From positions 181,722,001 through 181,786,000 of the forward strand of contig OZ024743.1 of the NCBI GenBank assembly GCA_964016885.1: a stretch of 64,000 nt of DNA. Reading direction: 5' to 3'. Below the pieces are notes generated by a model, which saw only the letters and a list, made by a program, of their open reading frames with translations, searched no databases and was not told the DNA's origin. The stretch is from Eledone cirrhosa (taxonomy: Eukaryota). Positions 26,059 through 41,466 of the stretch are shown here, piece after piece; the stretch's first letter is position 1; every line of letters begins with the position of its first letter. The translations under genes were made by a program, and so were the position numbers.

Positions 26059-27747
26059 AGGATTTATGTTGGGCATAACTTTAGACCTACGAAGGATTTT
26101 CAGGCAACTCCACAGACTGCGCAAGGGTGAGATTTGATAATGTTGCTGGTATGTTTGATAATGCTTTTCTCCTCCTACTTGCCTATTGTAGCCTATGGAT
26201 GATACATGCACACATATATGTATGTGTGAAAGAGAGAGAGGTCGTGTATATGAGCACGTGTGTGTGTACGTGTGAACGTGCGTGTGTTTGTGTGAGTTTG
26301 TGTGCGTGATGTGAGTGAGTGAATGAGTGTACGTGTGTGTGAGTGTGTGTGTGTGGGGGGGGGGGTCTATCTCTGTGTGTTCAAACAAATTTTGAGAGCT
26401 TCAAAAATGCGGCATCTTTCAAGGTGATAGAGATCTTCAGGATTTTGAACTCTTCAAACTGAAGCGACTATCCTTTTTTGGTGTCAGTTTATGTCTATTT
26501 TCAGAGATGGTTCTATGTTACAGGATGAAAATACAGTGTCAATAACCACACTGATAAGATCGAAGCGGATGATGTTCAGTGTTTGATTTACTACTGGTTG
26601 ACGTGATTGGTCAGCTATATCATCAGTGGGTTTGAAAGATTGGAAATGAATTGGCTTTAAAAATGAGTCATGTTAAGGTTGTTTACCTTGCTGGTCATTA
26701 ACTGCTTCCGGTTAATGAATTAGTTTAAGATGTCAAAGATTCAACAACAGAAGCTTCTAGCTGTTTTACAGCAGCCCTTGTTTCCTATTTTCCTTTTTTT
26801 ATCGCTTCTTGGGCATGATCTGCCTCCCATTGGCCTTCAATATTGGACATTTCTTTTCTGTTTTTCCCCTTTTTAATTTATTTTTATTACTTGTCTCACT
26901 AGTTTTTTTTTTATTTATTATCAACTGTTAGGAGTACTCAATACTTTCCCTAGTTTGCCATTACTTACTAGCTCTATACGGACGTTTAGATTGATTAAAT
27001 AAATAAATAATAAATATTAGATATCAGTTTCTGTTAAGTCAAAAAGTGGACATCAGCTAATCTCGTATAATAACAAAACGTTTGGGTCTCTTAGGCGACC
27101 CTCTATCATCTTCATCATCTTCACTATCTCTGCTGTCACTCAAGACAAATTCATCGTTTATTTCTATTTTTTTATTTTAACCCTTCTTATCCAGAATCAT
27201 CTTCGGTGATTTCTAATCGTGGTTTTGATATCGTCTTCAATGACATGTGTTTCGCCTGCCCTTCATGTATACAATGACAAACCCTTACCTCCAATACTTT
27301 GAATTCGTAATCTAAACCAACTTTAATAATTTTTCAGATATTTTTCCACCTACCCTGCCCTACCCCACTTATTAAAGTTTATTAATCTATCTCTGGCGAA
27401 ATTTTATTTTAAGTGGTAGCATTCCTGCGACAATTAATTGTCTTTATACATTAAAAAACAGTATACATGACAACCAAAGTACATTACTAGAAAATTCCAT
27501 ACGTTATAAAATAAATAGGATGGGCTGGGGTCTCAATATGTAAACTAAACGACTAATTCTGGGGTTTTTTTTAAATCAAGGGAGATAACCTAGAAAAATT
27601 ACCCCATCCCCCGCTTATTCCCTCCACCATATTATTTCGGATCCAAAAGTACATCGACACCGCACAGAAATGTTGAAACATTCTCTAGAATGGTTGTCTT
27701 GAATACCTTTTGAGATGGTGAAATGATTATTGCCTGTTTGATGTAAT

Positions 27748-27912
27748 AATGGTTTCTGATTTAGGCACAAGGTCAACAATTTTTGCGGGGAGGAGGGGAA
27801 GTCGACTAAATAGACCGCGGTATGTTACTGGTACTTTATTTTATCGACCCTGTAAGGATGAAAGGTAAAGCTAATCTCAGCGGGATTTGAACTCAGAACG
27901 TAAAGGGCCGTA
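27748..27912 (-). mobile_element. SINE family 1 copy (variant)
   Basis: Same central domain and B box as 19228-19418. Confidence 0.8.
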
Positions 27913-27919
27913 ACAGACA

Positions 27920-27964
<45 letters not shown>

Positions 27965-27999
27965 CTCTCTTTCTCTTTCTCTCTCTCTCTCTCGCTCTC

Positions 28000-28039
<40 letters not shown>

Positions 28040-28268
28040 ACTCTCTCTCTCTCTGCTTATCTCACCCCACCCCCAAGATTAACTTTTAGCAAAACAAACA
28101 CCGTTCAAATATCTTCGTTGCTAGGCTACACAATTACTCCTTGATCAATTAGCTAGGATCATAGAGATAACACTCGGAGCCATGAAGAAACATGTCCCTT
28201 ATTTTACCATCACTACTGACAAGTTGGTAATTATCTATGTTGTCCAGAGTTAGTAGTCCCTTCATGGC

Positions 28269-28534
28269 CAGGGTTGGATTTGAACCTTGGGGGAGGGGCA
28301 CTGCAGGTTTCGGGAGCCCCTCATACACAACAAAATTAGAATACATAGCAAACCTCCCAATTGGGATTAAAAAGTTATACATACAGGTATTAAATTAAAA
28401 AATTCTAACTATCCTAAAACTAAAAAGCCCAGCAGAGGACTCAAATAAATTGTTACGACAGTCACTGGTGGGGCCCCCAACTTCAGAGAGCCTGGAGGAA
28501 TTTCCTCCTTTGTCCCCCATTACATCTGGCCCTG
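28269..28534. mobile_element. hAT-type MITE (same family as 18778-19094)
   Basis: TIRs CAGGGTTGGATTT / ACATCTGGCCCTG; perfect 8-bp TSD TTCATGGC. Confidence 0.9.
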
Positions 28535-29318
28535 TTCATGGCAGCAAAAAAAAAGTTTAGGAAGTCTTGGTATGTACGTACTGCGTAAATGGAATATGAA
28601 AAAATAAGAAAAACAATCTAACAATGATTAACGATATACGATTTATTGGGATTGTAATAATTCGCTGGTAAACTGTGCAATATGTCTTTCAGGACTGGGA
28701 GACCAGCATGTCTTTAACTTTAGAAGATACATATTATAACAACTTAATTTTTTAAATATTCCTTACTTAAATGAAAAAATAATGTCTCTTATTGTCTTAT
28801 TGAGACGAAGCGAGAGTGTATTTGTGTACATATAAAATGAGAAAACTCATCGCTAGAACAACCGTTAAAACAGTTAAATGCTGTCTTACTTAAAGTATGA
28901 CCAGGTGTGGAGGTTTCATTCTTAAAAGCTTGAGTATTCCGAAGTGGTGACCCCAAACACAACCTAGCTTTAACATTTAGCAAATTAGATGATTTAACAT
29001 TTAGAAAATTAGATGATTTAAGAATTTTCTGAATGGTCTGATTTCCTCGGTTGATGTGCTACGTGTATCGTCAACGATTATCTTATTGTCCTCGTTAAGA
29101 CGATTAAGAAATCGCCATAACTAATTTTGAAATTCTTGATACTCTTCTGTCTAATTAGCTTGACAGTAACGTATTTAATGTTTTTATACCACGGATGTTG
29201 TTACCACAGGATTGTTGAAGACAAATAAACTACTTCATTACTGCTTTTCAGTGAAGACGATGACTAAGTGTACTTACTTTGCATCTTTTACCACTCTTAT
29301 GCCCTTCATTGAACAAAC

Positions 29319-30014
29319 CAGAGGCGTAGCTAGGGTATGACAAGCATGGCACGTGCCATGGGTTCCACTTGAAGGGGGCGCCACTTGGACTAAGAGTACT
29401 TTCTATTAAAGTCAGATAAGCTATCATCAAAGAATGAAAAAAAGAAACCTCTTATGTATGATCTGTCTTTGATTATCATGACTGAGAAACACTATGGTGG
29501 CTGGATTATTAAACGATTTCTATAAATTATTATGCCTCCACGGGTACAAATACAGTGCTGGGAACTACATGAACTTCTTTAATGTATTCTTCAATATGGA
29601 AATAACAGCGTTTTCCCAAATCTTCACATTGTCATTCTAATAATGCTAACTATCACAGTTTCCGTCGCCAAATGCCAGAGATCATTCAGCAGGTTGAAAC
29701 TGATACTCTCCTATTTGAGCGCCTCCATGGGTCAAGTCAGACTCCGTTGGTAATCTTGATCTTCTCAGTGGAGAAAGAGAAGAAACTGAAAAAAGAACTA
29801 ACTTTTATCACATTATAGACAACAAATTTACATCAGTAAGAGCAAGGAAGATGCAGTTGTAATGTTCATGTAGTTTTCAATTAAATAATTAACGAACGCG
29901 ATTGGGATTTTTAAGCTGATTTTAAGGTTATCTGAAAGATGGGTGTCAGATGGTTGGTCAAGGACACAATTTCGCTGCTTGCCATAGGCGCTAATTTCCC
30001 AATTTGTGTCGCTG
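29319..30014 (+). mobile_element. Internally deleted hAT transposon with transposase dimerization-domain remnant
   Basis: 29598-29753 translates to GNNSVFPNLHIVILIMLTITVSVAKCQRSFSRLKLILSYLSASMGQVRL (hATC motif). CAG...CTG ends; degenerate TSD GAACAAAC/GCACCAAC. Confidence 0.82.
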
Positions 30015-30327
30015 GCACCAACAGATGTGGGATTTAAAAATTGCTTTAACGTTATCATTCGAAGAAAATGCAGAGTTTGTCGTTCCTTATGTCTGAAAAT
30101 GTTTGCTTTTTCATATCAGACTCCTCGCAAACTCTCGCTACCGAAGCACCAACAACTGTCTGATAAGTTCCAGTTTCTGATTCACATTTAGAATTGCATA
30201 CCTCTTCCTTAAATAATTACCCTCTCATGAAGCCATATAGTGTATGGGATTAATGCAGTCCTTAGCTTGATTTGATGCTAGGGTGTACTTCATATACATA
30301 TATATCTATATACAATTTTAATAGTTG

Positions 30328-30536
30328 AAGGCTTAGTGGTTAGAGCATCGGGGCTGCAAACATGAGGTTGCGAGTTCGATTCCCGGACTGGGTGATGCGT
30401 TTTGTTCCCGAGTAAGAGACTTTATTTCACGTTACTCCAGTTTACACAGCTGTAGAAATGAGTTGCGACATTACTGGTTCCAAACTGTATCGGCCATTGC
30501 CTTTCCCTTGGACAACATCGGTGGCGTAGAGAGGGG
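30328..30536 (+). mobile_element. tRNA-derived CORE-like SINE, family 2
   Basis: A box GGCTTAGTGGTTAG, B box GAGTTCGATTCC, CORE-like CTTTATTTCACGTTACTCCAGTTTACACAGCTGTAGAAATG. Confidence 0.75.
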
Positions 30537-30595
30537 AGTGACCGAAGGCGTCTCCACCTCTACCTTTCTCTCTCACTCTCTCTCACTCTCTCTTA

Positions 30596-30667
<72 letters not shown>

Positions 30668-31048
30668 CTACGTATATGTGTGTCATGTATATATTTACAT
30701 ATATGCAAGTGCCTATGTCTCTACACTCACCTCCACCACTACTACACCCAAATTAAGGTGTAATATAGTTTTCTATAATATTTTCTCTGCAACAAGGATA
30801 TCCTGGATTCTTATGTTGTGATTCTTGCAGTTGTTAACAGTTTGTATTGGAAGTTGTTGTTATGTGTGTGTGTGTTTGATTCGTGAGAACTAGGCAGAAA
30901 AATGAGTGACTAGAGAGGCGGGAGCAAAACGTGGAAGTTTAATGGGATAAGGAGAGAAGAGGATGAGAGAATTAGATTGAGAGAGATAGGGAGGAGTGTG
31001 TGTGTATGTGTCTGGGTCTGTATTATGTGTGTGTATCAGGGTCTGTAT

Positions 31049-31083
<35 letters not shown>

Positions 31084-31123
31084 ATGAGAGAGAGGTTGGG
31101 TTGTTAAGATGTTCCAAAGAATA

Positions 31124-31314
31124 ATAATTGTTTCTACTTTAGGCACAAGGCCAGCAATTACCCAGTGTATTACTGATACTTTATTTTATCGACCCCGTAA
31201 GTATGAAAGGCAAAGTTAACCTCGGCGGGATTTGAACTCAGAATGGCAAGGGCCGTAACTCTATGCGTCAAAGCATGGCGTCCGACCTTCTACCGATACT
31301 GCCACTCCACCGCC
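31124..31314 (-). mobile_element. SINE family 1 full-length copy
   Basis: Near-identical to 19228-19418. Confidence 0.88.
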
Positions 31315-31534
31315 CTTCCAAATAATAATAATGGCTGAATAGAAAGTATACGGTCCTCTATATATGTGTAAAGGACGAGTGGTGAGGATGTAAGAGAGAT
31401 TGAGAGATAGCAAGAGATGATATAGAAATAGAAAGATAGACAGCGGCAGTGAATAAGGCGTTCACGTAATTGTTATTATGAAGGTTTTTTCTATGAATAC
31501 GCACGTACACACACACACACACACACACACAGTT

Positions 31535-31619
<85 letters not shown>

Positions 31620-31894
31620 TATATAAATATATAAAACTAAGCGAACCGTCTGTAACTGTAGTTACACACCTAACATACATGAATACATACAATATATTTG
31701 TACCAGAGTTTTCAAGTCGCTGGCTGGACTAAAAAGTCACACTCGTTCAGCGCATCGGTAGGGGTTCTCCTACATGGATATAAAGTAGTGGCCGTACTCG
31801 AAAACGAGTTGGCAGCCACCATATATATATATACGGTGGGGAGTATAGAGGAAGTGAGACGCTCAATGTCTGCTAGGGTGGAAAGAGGGCAGAA

Positions 31895-31925
31895 AAGTAG
31901 TACCAGCAGCAGCACCAGCAGCAGC

Positions 31926-32018
<93 letters not shown>

Positions 32019-32037
32019 CGTGGTGGTGGTGGTGGTG

Positions 32038-32126
<89 letters not shown>

Positions 32127-32151
32127 CGTGGTGGCGGTGGTGGTGGTGGTG

Positions 32152-32222
<71 letters not shown>

Positions 32223-32273
32223 CGTGGTGGTGGTGGTGGTGGTGGTGGTGGTGGTGGTGGTGGTGGTGGTGGT

Positions 32274-32306
<33 letters not shown>
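31895..32306. repeat. Compound (AGC)n/(AGT)n/(GGT)n trinucleotide microsatellite
   Basis: Direct reading; alternating blocks. Confidence 0.95.
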
Positions 32307-32327
32307 AGCAAGTGTGTGAAGCAAAAG

Positions 32328-32386
<59 letters not shown>

Positions 32387-32633
32387 GGGAGAGGGTAGGA
32401 ATGTTAGTGAATGGGGTAGAGAGAAATGAAGGGAGTGTGAGAAAGAGAGAGATGGAGAGAGAAAGGAATGGAGGAAATGTTAGAAAGAAAGAGAAAGAGA
32501 ATTATAGTGGGAGTATAAGAGAGAGAGATAACCGGGAAAGAGAGAGGGGGAGACAGAAAAGAGAGAGGGGAGAGAGAGAGAGAGAGTTATAAAGTAAGTT
32601 ATAGCGGGAGTGAAAGAGAGAGAGAGAGAGAGA

Positions 32634-32715
<82 letters not shown>

Positions 32716-32921
32716 TATAATGTAAGTTGTAGCGGGAGTGTAAGGGAGAGAGAGTGAAAGAGAGAGAGAGGGAGAGAGAAAGAAAGAGAGAGAGGTAGAG
32801 TGTAAGAAAGACTTCACATGCCGTTTGTATTACATGAGGCGCTAGAGTCTCGTTGAATAACAGCAATAAAACTAACATCTACTTCACTCTTCTTTAGATC
32901 CTTAACGTTGTATATATATAA

Positions 32922-34178
<1,257 letters not shown>

Positions 34179-34274
34179 ATTTATATATATATATATATAT
34201 ATATATAGTAAGTTTGTGTAAAAGTGAGTGTATGTGTGTGCCTTAGAGTATATATATATATATATGTGTATATA

Positions 34275-34359
<85 letters not shown>

Positions 34360-34371
<12 letters not shown>

Positions 34372-35110
34372 AGTGTGTGTAAGAGTGTGTGTATTAGAGT
34401 ATATATATGTAGTGAGTGTGTGTAAGTGTGTGTGTATTAGAGTATATATATGTAGTGAGTGTGTGTAAGTGTGAATGTATATTAGAGTATATATATGTAG
34501 TGAGTGTGTGTAAGTGTGTGTATTAGAGTATATATATGTAGTGAGTGTGTGTAAGTGTGTGTGTATTAGAGTATATATATGTAGTGAGTGTGTGTAAGTG
34601 TGTGTGTATTAGAGTATATATATGTAGTGAGTGTGTGTAAGTGTGAATGTGTATTAGAGTATATATATGTAGTGAGTGTGTGTAAGTGTGAATGTGTATT
34701 AGAGTATATATATGTAGTGAGTGTGTGTAAGTGTGAATGTGTATTAGAGTATATATATGTAGTGAGTGTGTGTAAGTGTGTGTATTAGAGTATATATATG
34801 TAGTGAGTCTGTGTAAGTGTGTGTGTATTAGAGTATATATATGTAGTGAGTGTGTGTAAGTGTGTGTATTAGAGTATATATATGTAGTGAGTGTGTGTAA
34901 GAGTGTGTGTATTAGAGAATATATATGTAGTGAGTGTGTGTAAGTGTGTGTATTAGAGTATATATATGTAGTGAGTGTGTGTAAGAGTGTGTGTATTAGA
35001 GTATATATATGTAGTGAGTGTGTGTAAGAGTGTGTGTATTAGAGTATATATGTGTAGTGAGTGTGTGTAAGTGTGTGTGTATTAGAGTATATATATGTAG
35101 TGAGTGTGTG
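34360..35110. repeat. Minisatellite, ~41-45-bp unit (TATTAGAGTATATATATGTAGTGAGTGTGTGTAAGTGTGTGTG), ~18 copies
   Basis: Direct reading. Confidence 0.93.
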
Positions 35111-35350
35111 TACATGTGTATGTATACGTGTGTGCGATCTTTCCTGCCTGAATCTATAATTATATGCGTAAGAATTTTTGGGTCAGAGAAATGAATGGGA
35201 GTGAGGAAGACTAAGAAGTAGGAGGCTGGGCTAAACGTAACATACACACACACACATCACATCACACACACACACACATACACACACACTTATATATATA
35301 TACATATATATATATATGTACATACATACACACATATACACACATGAAAG

Positions 35351-35535
35351 AAAGGAAGTATATTTAGAGCGAAACCTAGAGTGAAGCTGATGTGAGATAG
35401 AGATAGAGAGAGACAGAGAGAGAGGAACGGGAGTGTTAATGCCGTGAGAATAGTTTGACTTTGTCCATATATGTTTCATGTAAGCTGAGAGGGCGGAGCT
35501 CTTACCACTATAAGTAACTGCTTCAACCATTGGCT
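35351..35535 (+). promoter_or_regulatory. Candidate DUSP promoter region
   Basis: ETS-like AGGAAGT (~35353), CArG-like CCATATATGT (35465), GC box GGGCGGAG (35491), TATAAG (35509) and ATTGG (35529), followed by ~1 kb of TE-free sequence up to the ATG. Confidence 0.35.
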
Positions 35536-36588
35536 GTATTTATTTACTTTCGTTGTAGTATTCCATTTTAAAAAGCTAGTGTTAAGAGATCGCCTGAATA
35601 AACCTCAGAAACAAGGCTACTTTATTAGAGAGAGGTAGCTTGATTTCTCACCAGCAGTTGCGATCACTTTTTTTTAAAATACATACACACATATTCTATT
35701 TGCAAGAAAGCAATATATGTCAAAGTTGAGATCTTTAATAATGAGTTGAATTACGAGAAAAAAACGAAGAAGAATAAAATTCTGTCGTTGAGTGAAAGAT
35801 ATTATTTGAAAGAACTAAAATAACTAAGAACACTTTCAAAAACAAAATATACACGGATTAGTAAACAAAAACACTAACCACGAGATTTTTACCTCTTGTA
35901 GTAATCATTATTGTTATTACAGAAACTTGAATGAAATCCTCAAGGAGAAAAAGAACAAGAGGAAGAAAAGAAAGAATTTTTAAGAAACTAAATTCTTTTT
36001 AAATGGATATTATAAAATTTTACATGTCGTTAAATGTTGAAAATATTCTAGTATTAAAAACAACTTTGGAAATTTTATCAACAAAATACAACAAAAATTA
36101 CATTTAAAGGAAAGCAAACAATATAACAAGCAAGTTTGTTTTTAATTAAGAAAAATCTAATTAATTAATTAAACTATTTTTTTATAAATTGTTGATCATG
36201 GAATATTACCTACACTGACCTTTTGAAATTATATATATATAAATATATATTTATACATAAAAAAGTTTTGGAGACACGGAATTTCTAAACACAAAAAGAA
36301 AACTTATTTATTTATAAGAGTCAAAGAATTAACGGATTTGAACGAGCGAGTGCATGTGAGTGTTACAAGAGTGAGCACGAGAAAAGAAATTGTAAACGAG
36401 TTTTTCTTTTTTTTCTTTTTGGTTGAATTGTTTGTTTATTCGTTGTTTGTTGTTTACGTGTGATTCCACCCACCCATTTTCTTTACTTCATTTCTTGGGG
36501 TGGAAAAATATATTCAGGGATTTCTTATTTTTCCCCTTAACCTCTATACATTCAACATTTTGCTTTAAACCACCACGACACTTTTCAG

Positions 36589-36970
36589 ATGCCTTGTCTA
36601 GAAAGTGATCACATTACAATGGATGAATATTTCACTCCAGAATGTTTGAGAGCTCAACTAAGAGCTGGGCACGAGCTGCCATTACTCGACTGTCGGAGCC
36701 AGTGTGAGTTCGCACGCCGGCATATTATTGGAGCTATTAATATTACTATGCCAGCATTGCTACAGAAACGACTAAAAACTGGAAACCTTAACATTCTCGG
36801 TATAATACATAATAATGATGCTAATCAAAGATTTAAACGACATTGGAAGACACACAAAATTGTACTCTATGACGACTGTTCCACAGATTTAAACGCGAAT
36901 CCATCCAGTTTTTTGAATTTATTATTAGAAAAATTGCGCCAAGAAGGGTGCTCAGCTTGCTACTTGCTTG
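36589..36970 (+). CDS. DUSP6: Dual-specificity MAPK phosphatase (DUSP6/7/9, MKP-3 type), coding exon 1: rhodanese/CH2 kinase-binding domain
   Basis: LLDCRS..F...HIIGAINI, KIM-like LLQKRLKTGNL, IVLYD, YLL-G. Phase-1 donor GTACGT at 36971. TTTTCAG just before the ATG may be an acceptor. The symbol denotes the subfamily, not 1:1 orthology. Confidence 0.92.
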
Positions 36971-37489
36971 GTACGTCCATGTTTTTATATTTACTATGAC
37001 TACTGTTCATTGTTGCTAAATTGTTTCTATTTTTACAGAACTACTTTCTCCATGTAAATCTATTTAGAAGGTATTGTTGTTTTGTTGTTTTAATTTGCGG
37101 GGGGTATACATCACATATTTAACCTCATATCTTTCTGTCTCTCTGTCTGTCTGTCTATTACTATGTGTATTTATTTATGTGTCACTATTTATCTATTTCT
37201 TAAATAACATATAATACTTTAACCATCTCTCTCTATCTCTCTCTCTCGTCTGTCATTTTGTCATTGCCGTTGTTATGTCTGTACACACACACACGTGTGT
37301 GTGTATACATATATATATATGTATGTGTGTGTGTCTCCTCTCTCTCTCTTTCTCTCTCCCTCCCTCTCGAAAATGAAATAAATCGGTCACGTTCAAACCC
37401 TTCAGAGGAATGGGATCCACCAAGTTAAAATACCCAAATTATACTGTGTATAAATCTGGTAACCCTACGATTCCATCAAAAGTTAAGGG

Positions 37490-37537
<48 letters not shown>

Positions 37538-38120
37538 GATAGATAGATAGTCCTTAAGTTTTTACAGCACGTATCCAAAACACTGGTGTCATATTTACAC
37601 ACACAAAATAATTTTAAAAGAATTCGTTTTCTTTTCTGACGTGCTTAACAACACAAAATCTTGTTTCTATTAGATTTAAAATCATGATTATTTGTAAAAA
37701 GTTTATTTCTGAAATATTTGGTTCTGTGTGCATATTTATCTCTCTCTATTTCAACAATCTATGGGACTAACGTTATTTTAATTTTAATACTACCATACAG
37801 TGTTGGAATTACCTATAAGCTTTAGTTTAGGGTCACACGCCCTCGCCAGTCTCATTTTTTAAAATGTATTTTTATTTTATCATTAGTTTTTATTTTTAAA
37901 TCATCAAAAATTATATTAAATAATCAAAAGTTATATATATATATATATATAGTTATAGTATTCCACTATTATTTTTGGTAAAGTGAGAGAAGCTGACGGA
38001 CGTAGAAATTAAAGAATAGATTTAAGTTGTTAACCTTGGTCTTTTGCTCCTTACCGGGTCGATAAAATAAAGTACCAGTAATGCACTGAGTAATTGCTGG
38101 CCTTGTGCCAAAAGTAAAAC

Positions 38121-38177
<57 letters not shown>

Positions 38178-38228
38178 CACATTAATCCCTTATAATTTAA
38201 GGAGCTCAAGGAATAAATATTCCATACT

Positions 38229-38270
<42 letters not shown>

Positions 38271-39108
38271 TTTATCATTAACATTAATATAAAAAATAAT
38301 TCTATTTTTTAGGGAAGGACCTTAAATTCCAATTCCATATAGCTTAGGGCCTCAGCAAGGTGAATAATCCATACACACTTGACATATTAAGATTTGTTCA
38401 TACTAAATTACTGATTTAGCTGTATGAGTATTATTCAGACCTCAGTAGTTGCTTTTCCGACTAAAGATATTACAATTCTTAATACAAGTTTCAACCACTG
38501 TTCTTTCTTTCTTTCTTTTTTTTTTTTGTTGTTGTTTTGTCTTCCATATATCCCAAACAATTCTTGATTCTTTTCTCGGACCGTTTTGAACCATCATATC
38601 TATAAATCTGGATATGTAGCCAGTCTGTGATTTAATTATTTAATCACTTAAAAGTTATCAAATAATTGAAATAGGTGTGTGTGTGAATGTGTGTGCGTGT
38701 GTGTATGCGAGAGAGAGAGACACAGACAAATAGAAATTAAAATATCTAAAAGTCTGTAGGTTCTATGCAATAATAGATGGTTCTCATATGAGTTCAATCT
38801 CTATATACCAGTTTCACTTGCAGCAGGTCAATTCAAACCCACCACCTTTTGATACTCATTTTATCGAAGACGTTTCAAATATACAGTGACATAAGAAACC
38901 AGATTGTATGGCGATCATTCTTTAATTGGTTGAGAAGATTAGTAAATGAAACTCGGCTCAACCAGAAGTTAACCTTTAGTAATAACCATAATAATAAATA
39001 TTTCTTTTCTTTACCACATAGGCATCAGATGAAGGAGACAGGTTACAACATTAAGGTGGGGTGTTTACATAGAAATGGGGTGGGGGTGTGTGAAATGTAT
39101 ACATAGTA

Positions 39109-39302
39109 ATAATAATTGTTTCTACGTTAGGCACAAGGCCAGCAATTACCCAGTGCATTACTGGTACTTTATTTTATCGACCCCGTAAGGATGAAAGGCA
39201 AAGTTAACCTTGGCGGGATTTGAACTCAGAATGGTAAGGGCCGTAACTCTATACGTCAAAGCATGGCGTCCGACTCTCTACCGATACTGACAATCCACTG
39301 CC
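39109..39302 (-). mobile_element. SINE family 1 full-length copy
   Basis: Near-identical to other copies. A partial + copy lies at ~38030-38125. Confidence 0.88.
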
Positions 39303-39399
39303 CTTAGTAATAATAATGAATCTTTATTTATGAACCCCGACACTAACAACTTCTTTTAACACCAACTCAGCATCCACATTCTGAATGAAGGTTATATAT

Positions 39400-40030
39400 T
39401 TCATTTTCATCTAATGTGGATTCAATCCGATCTTAACGGCTGAAATCGCCATTTGTTTAAGTACTCACTCTTTCTTTAGTTTGTCTTAGGCAGCTTTAAG
39501 TTTATCCCTATCAAACAGTTTAGTTCTAAAGCTCAGATTTGTAAACACATGATGTATCTCTTTCAAGTTCATCTTTAACAACTGGAAGTTTTTCAAGCAG
39601 TGTTGATGCTTTTTATATGGTCCTCTTAACCTTTTCTATACATTATATCTGCTTTGGTTTTCTTTGTAACACACAGTTATTTCATTAATCAGCTTCCAGT
39701 TCTTACAATGCTTGTATCTGGCATCAGCTTCATTAACTTGGCTAATCACTTATTCTAATTCCTCTTCCTCGATAGAGATTTTGGCTTTTCTACTGCTTCT
39801 GATTCATAGCGTTCAACTGGTTTGACCATAAGTCTCTTCAATCTACCCTGTATCTAAATAACAACACCAACAACACATCTAGCAAAACCTTACAGTTGTC
39901 GTTGTGTAATGGCAAAGAGGAAAAAGTCTTCAACTGAAAATGAAGTTTCCTCTGCTTGAAATGTAAGATAATTCTTCTCCTGATAAACCAACAAACTCCC
40001 CTTTATTTAACATGATTCAATTAATTGAAA
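39400..40030 (-). pseudogene. Possible highly decayed LINE endonuclease remnant
   Basis: GDF(S)..VKIG-like and KGGVCWFI..RII pieces with stops and frameshifts; the spacing is atypical. Confidence 0.25.
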
Positions 40031-40705
40031 CAGTTGGTGATTCACATTAGCCATATCTTCACATTTCCCGCATAAGAAAAGGGAAACTTCACATTTCCAG
40101 CATGAGAAAGGGAAGACTCTTTTTGTCAACGTTGTCTCACTGCAGCGAAGCGGTGTCCACTATAGAGTTAATGGATGTCAATGGGGAACACAGCCAGACT
40201 AAAGATCTAAAGATTCTAAGATCTAAAGATTCGGGAAGACAGCAGGGATTAATAAAGTACACTTAATATATATATGTGTTTTTATGAGAGAGTGTGTGTA
40301 TGTGTGAGTGTGTGTGTGTCAGTGTGTGTGTGTAATGTTCCAACAGTATAATAAAACGAGGAAGTTGTAAACTCCATACATTTCCCCAGAACATTAGCAA
40401 TTAATAATGTAGATTCTGCAAAGTAAAATAATATTACAAAATCGAAACAGCGTTACAACATAAACACACATACACGTGTCTGTGATTGTGTGTGATATTT
40501 AGCTGTAGAATGTTTACATCTGTATAATGTTGATCATTGCATAAAGTGTACAAATTTCATGTCTTAACAATTTTTTTGAGAAAATACTAAATGTTTGGAA
40601 GAATCATTTTAGCCAGTGTGACGAAAAATGTGTCACCAAGAAATGAATGATATATATAAAGGTAATTATTAATACTTCCACACAGCAATTGTTCGTAGTT
40701 TCAAT

Positions 40706-41466
40706 ACACTGTCTCAGATCAAGTCACTGACCACACAGTCTCAGATCAAGTCACATGCAAGACATGTACAACAGAGTCATAGATCAAGTCATTTGCCAGA
40801 CATCTACAACGTACAACACAGTCATAGATCAAGTCATTTGCCAGACATGTACAACACAGTCTCAGATCAAGTCACTTGCCAGACATGTACAACACACAGT
40901 CTCAGATCAAGTCACTTGCTAGACATGTACAACATAGTCTCAGATCAAGTCACTTGCTAGCCATGTACAACACAGTCTCAGATCAAGTCACTTGCTAGAC
41001 ATGTACAACATACAGTCTCAGATCAAGTCACTTGCTAGCCATGTACAACACACAGTCTCAGATCAAGTCACTTGCTAAACATGTACAACATACAGTCTCA
41101 GATCAAGTCACTTGCTAAACATGTACAACATAGTCTCAGATCAAGTCACTTGCTAGCCATGTACAACACACAGTCTCAGATCAAGTCACTTGCTAGACAT
41201 GTACAGCACACAGTCTCAGATCAAGTCACTTGCTAGACATGTACAACATACAGTCTCAGATCAAGTCACTTGCTAGACATGTACAACATACAGTCTCAGA
41301 TCAAGTCACTTGCTAGCCATGTACAACACACAGTCTCAGATCAAGTCACTTGCTAGACATGTACAACACACAGTCTCAGATCAAGTCACTTGCTAGACAT
41401 GTACAACACACAGTCTCAGATCACGTCACTTGCCAGACATGTACAACACACAGTCTCAGATCAAGT
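40706..41466. repeat. Minisatellite, 38-40-bp unit (ACAGTCTCAGATCAAGTCACTTGCTAGACATGTACAACAC), ~19 copies
   Basis: Direct reading; no spacers. Confidence 0.95.

Noticed and set aside
26410-26442. CTGAAGA...GAAA on the - strand
   Set aside because: The intervening sequence cannot form stem II, and there is no stem I.
30328-30400. tRNA gene
   Set aside because: A/B boxes are present but there is no full cloverleaf and it continues into a SINE body; the same applies to family 1 heads.
31698-32333. Poly-S/G/T/V/L ORFs
   Set aside because: Trinucleotide microsatellite open in several frames; no splice or domain support.
40706-41466. CRISPR-like 38-40-bp repeats
   Set aside because: No unique spacers, no cas genes, eukaryotic intron; ordinary minisatellite.
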